Origin: Rickettsiales bacterium
GTDB lineage: Bacteria > Pseudomonadota > Alphaproteobacteria > Rickettsiales > SXRF01
Length of the DNA: 64,000 bases
Direction: 5' to 3'
Assembly (NCBI GenBank): GCA_033762715.1
Contig: JANRLL010000016.1
Span: 26,029 to 90,028 of the forward strand
The notes beneath the pieces are model-generated. The model had not been told where the DNA came from, did no database searches, and was given only the letters and a program-made list of their open reading frames with translations. Below, piece after piece: positions 57,329 through 64,000 of this stretch (position 1 is the stretch's first letter; each line of letters opens with the position of its first letter). Both the position numbers and the translations under genes were made by a program.

Positions 57329-57847
57329 ATGACAGGGTCCCTCTCATTTGATGAAGCAAGCAATGCGCTTAAGCAAGTGCTAAGCGATGATAATGCATCG
57401 CTTAAAAGCAAGCTCTCTGCTTTGCAGGCGGTGCTGGATCACGAGGATGTGAGAACAGCGCTTCATGATTTGGCGTCACTCGATATAGAGGGCAGCACGC
57501 CTGGCATGAAGTCTTATAATAAAGCACAGGAAGTACGTCACCATGTGGGTAATTCGTTGATTGCTGTGTCTATAATTCCAGCCCTATTAAAAAAACTAGA
57601 GACCCAACCCGAAGCTAAAATCATGACCTTGGGTGCGATGGATATTGTACAGAGCTCAGTAATAGAATTAGCGACGCGCCCTGGTATGCCGCTGGATGAT
57701 TTAGCGCAATCGCTTGATGGCCACCCGCACAAAGCCGAGATGGAAAGAGCCATTGCAGCCTTGCGCAAATTAGTAGCAACGGCGGCCGAGGTTCAACCTT
57801 TCATGACCTCGATCTCATCGCAATCAGCCAGTGCGACGCGCGGATGA
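57329..57847 (+). CDS. Hypothetical helical protein with H-box-like segment
   Basis: 172-aa ORF coupled to lysS and the HAD gene. Contains EVRHHVGNSL. Confidence 0.6.
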   Translation: MTGSLSFDEASNALKQVLSDDNASLKSKLSALQAVLDHEDVRTALHDLASLDIEGSTPGMKSYNKAQEVRHHVGNSLIAVSIIPALLKKLETQPEAKIMTLGAMDIVQSSVIELATRPGMPLDDLAQSLDGHPHKAEMERAIAALRKLVATAAEVQPFMTSISSQSASATRG

Positions 57848-58677
57848 TTCACGCTATCTCCAACTTCTCGACCCTTGCCGATCGCTATGATGCATTTTTA
57901 CTCGATGTGTGGGGCGTGATTCATGATGGTTCACACCTCTATCCTGGCGTGCATGAGACGCTCACGCAACTACGCGCGCGCGGCAAAAAAATCATTTTTA
58001 TTTCAAACGCGCCCAGACGAGCGCATAAGGTCGAAGCAGTGCTCAATAAGCTCGGCATTGAAAAAACGCTGTATGATATGGTGATGACGTCGGGCGAGGC
58101 GGGGTTTCAATGGTTGGCCGCCGGTAAAGCCAGTTGGGAAAAGCGCTATTTCTATATCGGACCGGACAAAGATCTCGATGTGCTGGATGGACTGGATTAC
58201 GTCATGGAACCCGATATTGCCCAGTCCAATTTCATTCTCAATGTTGGGTTTGGCAGCGAAAATGATTCCAACGAAGATTGGTCGCCAGTGCTAGAGGCGG
58301 CGAGTGCTAAGCATCTGCCGATGCTATGCCTGAATCCCGATCTGGAAGTGGTGAAGCAAAATGGCGCACGTTTTGGTTGCGCTGGTGTGGTTGCTGAAGC
58401 TTACGTCAAGCGAGGCGGGTATGTGGTGTGGTTTGGAAAACCCTATCCTGAAGTGTATGAATATTGTTTCCGCACATTAGAAGGCATGGATAAAAAACGT
58501 ATCCTCGCCGTGGGTGATGGGCTGCATACGGATATTGCCGGTGCGCTCAATACAACCATTGATGCTGCACTCATTAGTGGTGGGTTGCTGGTTGGCAAGT
58601 CTGCCGATGATATTGAAGCGCTGTGCCGAAAACAAGGCACTGTGCCGCATTATGTGGCGCCGGCATTCCGCTGGTAG
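57844..58677 (+). CDS. HAD-IIA family hydrolase (TIGR01459-like)
   Basis: LLDVWGVIHDG, ISNAPR, NPD, GKP and VGDGLHTDIAGA motifs. Confidence 0.92.
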   Translation: MIHAISNFSTLADRYDAFLLDVWGVIHDGSHLYPGVHETLTQLRARGKKIIFISNAPRRAHKVEAVLNKLGIEKTLYDMVMTSGEAGFQWLAAGKASWEKRYFYIGPDKDLDVLDGLDYVMEPDIAQSNFILNVGFGSENDSNEDWSPVLEAASAKHLPMLCLNPDLEVVKQNGARFGCAGVVAEAYVKRGGYVVWFGKPYPEVYEYCFRTLEGMDKKRILAVGDGLHTDIAGALNTTIDAALISGGLLVGKSADDIEALCRKQGTVPHYVAPAFRW

Positions 58678-59181
58678 CTATTTCAAATGTTCTTCCAGGA
58701 ATTGTTTGGCCTGCTCGCCTTGCCAGCGAATAGGGCCTGAACTGATCGATAGGGCATTACCTTTGCTATCGATAAAGATAGTAGTCGGCAGCCCTTTTAA
58801 ACGCAGCGAATAAAAAAGCGTATAGTTCATATCGAAATAGGGGGTGAGATTGCCTAGGTCATGCAGGGCAAAAAACATCTTCACTTTTTCGGGATTATTA
58901 TCTAGCGACAGCGGCAACACGCGAAAGCCTTTCGGGCCATATTCGCCTGCCGCTTTATTGAGTTCGGGCATTTCCCCAATGCAAGGCACACACCAGGTTG
59001 CCCAGAAATGGATAGCGGTGAGCTTGGCTGAGCTGGCATCCAAAGTCTGCTTATTACCGGAAATATCGCTATATTCTATCGTATGAAAGCTTTGCTCGGC
59101 ATGAGCCGGCGCGCCTAGCCATAAAAAGGCGGCAATGATACTTGCCAAGCACCCCGTAATCCTTGTATGTATTGGAAACAT
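58678..59181 (-). CDS. tlpA: TlpA-family thiol:disulfide oxidoreductase
   Basis: Signal peptide, HFWATWCVPC..EMP and GLPTT motifs. Confidence 0.88.
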   Translation of the reverse strand: MFPIHTRITGCLASIIAAFLWLGAPAHAEQSFHTIEYSDISGNKQTLDASSAKLTAIHFWATWCVPCIGEMPELNKAAGEYGPKGFRVLPLSLDNNPEKVKMFFALHDLGNLTPYFDMNYTLFYSLRLKGLPTTIFIDSKGNALSISSGPIRWQGEQAKQFLEEHLK

Positions 59182-59207
59182 CGTAAGAAAACCTATAACT
59201 GTTTCAT

Positions 59208-60629
59208 ATGGCCGGTTCTAAAAAAGCAAAAGCGACATCCAAATCATCTCCCGCCAATCAAATGTGGGGAGGGCAGTTTACGCTCGCGCCTTCTGAGCTG
59301 CTATCTAAGATTAATGCATCTATCAGCTTTGACAAGCGGCTTTACCGTCAGGATATCGCAGGCTCCATCGCGCATGCCAAGATGCTGGCTAAGCAACGTA
59401 TCATCAGCGACGCTGATGCGAAGGCGATCATCAAAGGCCTAGGCGATATATTGCGCGATATTGAAGCAGGGCGTTTTGAATTCAAAGACAGCCTGGAAGA
59501 TATTCATATGAATATTGAAGCAGCGCTCAAAGAACGTATTGGCGAGGCGGCAGGGCGTGTGCATACCGCGCGTTCACGCAACGACCAGGTGGCAACCGAT
59601 TTTAAGCTCTATGTGCGTGATGCGCTCGATGCGTTTGATGGCTCATTGGCCGCTTTGCAAAAGGCATTGATTAAACGTGCGGACGAACATAGCGAAACCC
59701 TCATGCCTGGCTTTACCCATCTGCAAGTAGCACAACCTATTGTGCTCGGGCATCATCTGTTAGCGTATGTCGACATGATTGGCCGCGATCGCAGCCGCGT
59801 GGCCGATGCGCGCGCACGGCTTAACTATATGCCGCTCGGCTCAGCCGCCTTGGCAGGCACATCTTTTCCGATTGATCGCGCCTTTGTGGCCAAAGAATTA
59901 GGCTTTACGGCTGCGATGACCAATTCGCTCGATGCGGTCTCAGACCGTGATTTCGCGCTCGAATTTTTATCGCTCGCCTCGATCTGCGCCGTGCATTTGT
60001 CGCGCTTGGCAGAAGAAATGATTTTATGGTCGAGCACGCAATTTGGTTTCATCCGTTTTTCCGATGCCTATTCGACCGGCAGCTCGATCATGCCGCAAAA
60101 GCGTAATCCCGATGCGGCGGAATTGGTACGTGGTAAATCGGGACGTATCTTTGGCCATCTGATGGGATTGCTTACCACCATGAAGGCGTTGCCGTTGGCC
60201 TATAACAAAGACATGCAGGAAGATAAAGAAGCTGTGTTTGATGCGGTGGACAACATCTTGCTTTGTGTGCAGGCGATGGCGGGCATGGTGCAGGATTTCA
60301 AAGCCGATACCGGCAAGATGGAACAAGCCGCCTCCGAAGGCTACGCCAATGCGACCGATATTGCCGACTGGTTAGTCAAACAACTCAAGATGCCGTTTCG
60401 CGATGCGCATCACGTGACTGCGCGGTTGGTGGGGCTGGCCAGCAAAAAAGGTAAAAAGCTCGAAGAGCTTTCGCTGGCTGAGATGCAAAGCGTGGAAAAG
60501 AAAATCACCCCTGCTTTGTTTACGGTATTGAGCCCAAAAAAATCAGCGGCCAGCCGTATCAGCTTTGGCGGCACGGCGCCGGTGAATGTAAAAAAAGCTA
60601 TCGCTGAGGCGAAAAAGAAATGGTTGTAA
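59208..60629 (+). CDS. argH: Argininosuccinate lyase
   Basis: [34 protein letters not shown] and [10 protein letters not shown] motifs. Confidence 0.97.
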   Translation: MAGSKKAKATSKSSPANQMWGGQFTLAPSELLSKINASISFDKRLYRQDIAGSIAHAKMLAKQRIISDADAKAIIKGLGDILRDIEAGRFEFKDSLEDIHMNIEAALKERIGEAAGRVHTARSRNDQVATDFKLYVRDALDAFDGSLAALQKALIKRADEHSETLMPGFTHLQVAQPIVLGHHLLAYVDMIGRDRSRVADARARLNYMPLGSAALAGTSFPIDRAFVAKELGFTAAMTNSLDAVSDRDFALEFLSLASICAVHLSRLAEEMILWSSTQFGFIRFSDAYSTGSSIMPQKRNPDAAELVRGKSGRIFGHLMGLLTTMKALPLAYNKDMQEDKEAVFDAVDNILLCVQAMAGMVQDFKADTGKMEQAASEGYANATDIADWLVKQLKMPFRDAHHVTARLVGLASKKGKKLEELSLAEMQSVEKKITPALFTVLSPKKSAASRISFGGTAPVNVKKAIAEAKKKWL

Positions 60630-60874
60630 AACGCATCGTTCAATTGATTCTTCTAATGGTTGCAGCAAGCATGGTTGCCGGCTGCGGTATTAAGCGCGAT
60701 CTGAAATCCCCTATGCAGCTGCAGCGCGAAGCCGATAGAAAAGCTAAGAAAGAAGAAAAAGATAAAAAACGCAGAGAAAAGCAAGCACAGGAAGCCGCCG
60801 AAAAAGCCAAGAAAGAAGCAGAAGAAGTACAGCCGCCCGCCATAGATGCAGTTGCGCCTGAGGAGGCGAAGTAA
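60620..60874 (+). CDS. Small lipoprotein (LptM/YifL-like, argH-lysA neighbour)
   Basis: Lipobox VAGC followed by G.K..L..P, then a charged tail. Confidence 0.7.
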   Translation: MVVKRIVQLILLMVAASMVAGCGIKRDLKSPMQLQREADRKAKKEEKDKKRREKQAQEAAEKAKKEAEEVQPPAIDAVAPEEAK

Positions 60875-62128
60875 GTGGATTATTTCCAGTATAAAGACGG
60901 CGTCTATCACGCGGAAGACGTATCGCTGGTGGCGCTGGCCGAACAGGTGGGTACACCATTTTACTGCTATTCATCAGCAACACTCGCGCGTCATTACAGT
61001 GTGTTCTCCAACCATTTTCCTGGCGCTAAAGTATGCTATGCGGTGAAGGCTAATGGCAATCTGGCTGTCATTGCAACCCTTGCGCGTTTGGGTGCGGGTG
61101 CGGATGTGGTATCGGAAGGTGAAATTCGTCTGGCACTGACCGCTGGCGTGAAGCCCAGCGACATTGTGTTTTCTGGTGTGGGTAAAGCCAAAAGCGAAAT
61201 GAGCTATGCGCTGGGGCAGGATATTTTTCAGTTCAATGTAGAATCGCTGCCTGAGCTGCATCAACTCAATGACGTGGCCGCCGCTAAAAATAAAAAAGCG
61301 CGGATTGCGGTGCGGGTGAATCCCGATGTGGATCCAAAGACGCATGCGAAAATTTCCACCGGGCAAAAAGAAAGCAAATTCGGTGTGGCGATGGTGCAGG
61401 CGCTGGATGTGTATCGCGCTGCCAAAGCGTTGTCGCATATTGAGATACAAGGCGTGTCGGTACATATCGGCTCGCAGCTGACCAAGCTTGAGCCGTTTGC
61501 GCAGGCTTTTGCGCGTGTGCGTGAGTTTGTAAAAGAATTGCGCGCCGAAGGCATTGCCATTCGCACGCTAGATTTAGGCGGTGGGCTGGGTATTCCTTAC
61601 GGCCAAGATGAGCCGCCACTACCGGATGCCTACGCTGAAATCGTGAAGCGCGAAATAAACGGGTTAGATGTGCAGTTGATTTTCGAGCCGGGCCGCGTGC
61701 TGGTTGGTAATGCCGGCATCTTGGTGACGCGAGTGATGTATGTGAAGCAAAGCCAATCGCGCGTGTTTGTGATTGTCGATGCGGCGATGAATGATTTGAT
61801 TCGCCCGACATTATACGATGCGTTCCACGAGATTAAACCTGTGGTGGCCCCAACAGGCGATACGAAAACCGAACTGGTGGATATTGTGGGTCCCGTTTGT
61901 GAGACGGGCGATATTTTCGCCGAGCAGCGCTTATTGAAAGTACCGCAAGCAGGAGACCTGCTGGTATTGCGTTCGGCCGGCGCGTATGGCGCATCAATGG
62001 CGAGCACCTATAATGCACGTCCGCTAGTGGCGGAAGTGATGGTCAGCGGCAAGCAGCATGAGTTGGTGCGTCCACGCCAAACCTATGAAGAATTAATTGG
62101 TAGGGATAAACTGCCTAGCTGGCTGTAG
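60875..62128 (+). CDS. lysA: Diaminopimelate decarboxylase
   Basis: YAVKAN, HIGSQ, DLGGGLG, EPGR, GPVCETGD and GAYG motifs. GTG start. Confidence 0.97.
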   Translation: MDYFQYKDGVYHAEDVSLVALAEQVGTPFYCYSSATLARHYSVFSNHFPGAKVCYAVKANGNLAVIATLARLGAGADVVSEGEIRLALTAGVKPSDIVFSGVGKAKSEMSYALGQDIFQFNVESLPELHQLNDVAAAKNKKARIAVRVNPDVDPKTHAKISTGQKESKFGVAMVQALDVYRAAKALSHIEIQGVSVHIGSQLTKLEPFAQAFARVREFVKELRAEGIAIRTLDLGGGLGIPYGQDEPPLPDAYAEIVKREINGLDVQLIFEPGRVLVGNAGILVTRVMYVKQSQSRVFVIVDAAMNDLIRPTLYDAFHEIKPVVAPTGDTKTELVDIVGPVCETGDIFAEQRLLKVPQAGDLLVLRSAGAYGASMASTYNARPLVAEVMVSGKQHELVRPRQTYEELIGRDKLPSWL

Positions 62129-62672
62129 TCGAGGGGATGTAGCCGATATACGGCAGCTCGCGGAAGAAATTCGCATAATCGAGCCCGTAGCCAATCACGA
62201 ATTCATCTTCGATTTTAAACCCAACAAAATCCGCTGTGACATCTACTTTACGTTTGCCTGGTTTTTCGAGCAGCACCGCAATTTTGACGGATTTGGCTTT
62301 GCGCTCCATCATCAGATTGCGGGCAAAAGTCAGGGTGCGGCCGGATTCCAGAATATCATCGACGATCAGCACATCATGGCCTTCCACCGGATCTGCCAGG
62401 TCACGCACGATATTGACCACGCCTTTAGAGGTGGTGCCGCTGCCATAGCTCGAAAGCGTGAGGAAATCGACTTGCGGTTGCGCGCCAGAATTATGCAAGG
62501 CGCGAATCAGGTCGGAGGTAAATACAAAGCTGCCACGCAAGAGTGACACAATCAGCATATCGCGCGGAATAGTTGCTGCAATCTCGCGGGCCAGGCCATT
62601 AACGCGGGCTGCCAAATCTTGCGCGCTGATTAAGATAGGAATGTTTTTAATATCGACGGGTGGTTTAGTCAT
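62115..62672 (-). CDS. hpt: Hypoxanthine phosphoribosyltransferase
   Basis: LLRGSF, LSSYG, VLIVDDILESGRTL and FVIGYGLDY motifs. Start adjusted to MTKPPV. Confidence 0.95.
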   Translation of the reverse strand: MTKPPVDIKNIPILISAQDLAARVNGLAREIAATIPRDMLIVSLLRGSFVFTSDLIRALHNSGAQPQVDFLTLSSYGSGTTSKGVVNIVRDLADPVEGHDVLIVDDILESGRTLTFARNLMMERKAKSVKIAVLLEKPGKRKVDVTADFVGFKIEDEFVIGYGLDYANFFRELPYIGYIPSTTAS

Positions 62673-62673
62673 A

Positions 62674-63405
62674 TTAGGGTTTGCCTCGCAGGGTGAGTTC
62701 CAACCCATTGCCGATTTCGACGACGAATTGTTTGGCCTTGGTATGTTGTACTTCGAGCTCGCCGCTGTTAAAGGCCAATTTCTCACCGGCTGCAATCTGT
62801 TCATTCTTTTCGATGTCCCAGGCTTCGAGCGCATTGCCGGTTTCATCGATAACGGTAAAACGCACGCTCGATAAGTTTAGGGGCTTGTCGCTTTTATTCA
62901 CCACATTGCCAGTGACTGTATAGGCAAAATGTTTGCGCTCAGGACGTTTGGTCATCTCAACATCCGACAGAACCAATCCTTTGCTGGCATGAAAACCATA
63001 GAGCGATGGGAATAAGGCAAGGCTCACTAATATCAGCGTGATGGGGATAAAGGCGAGTGCGGCGACACGAAGGCCGGCCGGCGCAGGTGTGCGGCGAATG
63101 GCAGGCGGTGCAATCTTAGTGGGGCTGGACGTATCTGCTGTAAGGGGCTTGTTGTCTGCTTTGATTTTCGCATTAATCTCACCCAGCATCTGATCCAGAT
63201 TCTCAGTGTTCCGAGGCGAGTTTGCCTTTGCCGACTCTATATTGGGTTTAGGCGTGGTGACAGCATCGGGCACATCCGCGCTAATAGGCGGAGGTGTAAA
63301 CCAGCTATGCGCACACTTCGCGCAACGCACAGTGCGGCCTTTCGGCCCGATGGCGTTATCGGGAACTGCGTAGCGTGCCGAACATTCAGGACATTGTAAT
63401 ATCAT
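62674..63405 (-). CDS. MJ0042-type zinc-ribbon membrane protein (DUF3426-like C-terminus)
   Basis: CPEC..RY...G..GR.VRCAKC.H.W, one TM, periplasmic beta domain. Usual hpt/ftsE neighbour. Confidence 0.85.
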   Translation of the reverse strand: MILQCPECSARYAVPDNAIGPKGRTVRCAKCAHSWFTPPPISADVPDAVTTPKPNIESAKANSPRNTENLDQMLGEINAKIKADNKPLTADTSSPTKIAPPAIRRTPAPAGLRVAALAFIPITLILVSLALFPSLYGFHASKGLVLSDVEMTKRPERKHFAYTVTGNVVNKSDKPLNLSSVRFTVIDETGNALEAWDIEKNEQIAAGEKLAFNSGELEVQHTKAKQFVVEIGNGLELTLRGKP

Positions 63406-63474
63406 GTAAGATTGCCATAGCGCGTTTGTAACGATATACAGGATGTAACATAACCTTTTCTATAATGCAAAAAC

Positions 63475-64000
63475 ATGATCGCACTTGAAAACGTTGCCAT
63501 GGAATATATCGCAGGGGAGGAAATCCTCAAGGACGTATCCTTGCAGCTGGAGCCTGGCTCCTTTCACTTCCTCGCTGGCCCGAGTGGCGCCGGTAAGAGC
63601 ACATTGTTGTCATTGTTGTGGCTGCAACGTCGCGCTACCCGAGGCAGAGTGAGTCTGTTTGGGCATGATGTGACGCATATGCAGCGTGATGGGCTACCAC
63701 CTTTTCGCCGCCGCATTGGGGTAGTGCTACAGGATTATCGCTTGCTTGAGCATCTAACCGTCGCGCAAAATATCGCGCTGCCGCTTAAGATTGCCGGTGA
63801 GCATCCCCAGGAGATCGAGCAAAAGATAAGCGAATTACTCGAATGGGTGGAGCTCAGCGAGTATCATGATGCCAAACCCAACATTTTGTCGGGCGGGCAA
63901 AAACAGCGTGTGGCCATTGCGCGCGCCGTTATTAGCAAACCCGACCTGCTCTTGGCCGACGAGCCGACAGGTAATCTAGATGGCGAGTTATCACTTAAAT
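63475..64000 (+). CDS. ftsE: Cell-division ABC ATPase FtsE, 3'-truncated by window edge (not in ORF track)
   Basis: ATG 63475 gives MIALENV...[14 protein letters not shown]...[14 protein letters not shown]...[14 protein letters not shown]...[11 protein letters not shown]. Confidence 0.9.
   Translation, partial: MIALENVAMEYIAGEEILKDVSLQLEPGSFHFLAGPSGAGKSTLLSLLWLQRRATRGRVSLFGHDVTHMQRDGLPPFRRRIGVVLQDYRLLEHLTVAQNIALPLKIAGEHPQEIEQKISELLEWVELSEYHDAKPNILSGGQKQRVAIARAVISKPDLLLADEPTGNLDGELSLK

Noticed and set aside
63427-63455. TGTAAC/TAAC half-sites upstream of ftsE
   Set aside because: Spacing does not match TTAA-N7-TTAA, and the motifs are too short to call.

Overview
A 64-kb, densely coding chromosomal window of an alphaproteobacterium. 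The assignment is inferred from divK-pleD, a PleC/DivJ-type kinase, CtrA-like boxes, an NDUFA9 homolog, the lptCAB-rpoN-hpf-ptsN-hprK-rapZ-manX-HPr cluster, the argS-SPOR-nagZ-tat-serS-surE-pcm cluster and a class I LysRS. Pilin/Tad genes and orphan membrane proteins are compatible with a surface-attached or host/prey-associated lineage, but that is speculation. Most genes are housekeeping. The standout is a 1936-aa protein (49937-55747) made of four tandem GT60/Gnt1-like GlcNAc-transferase domains, a Cys-less redoxin-like fold and two different 2OG-Fe(II) dioxygenase domains, with a sulfotransferase transcribed divergently 62 bp away. This resembles a single-polypeptide bacterial counterpart of the protist PhyA/Gnt1 hydroxyproline-glycosylation pathway. 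Other points of note: a cobalamin riboswitch upstream of an orphan gene next to tRNA-Leu(CAG), a probable AUU start for rnd, an orphan cpaF inside the rpoN cluster, and two adjacent glycine-zipper orphan proteins. No CRISPR array, rRNA, transposase or integrase was seen. All calls are by motif recognition only; no database search was run.
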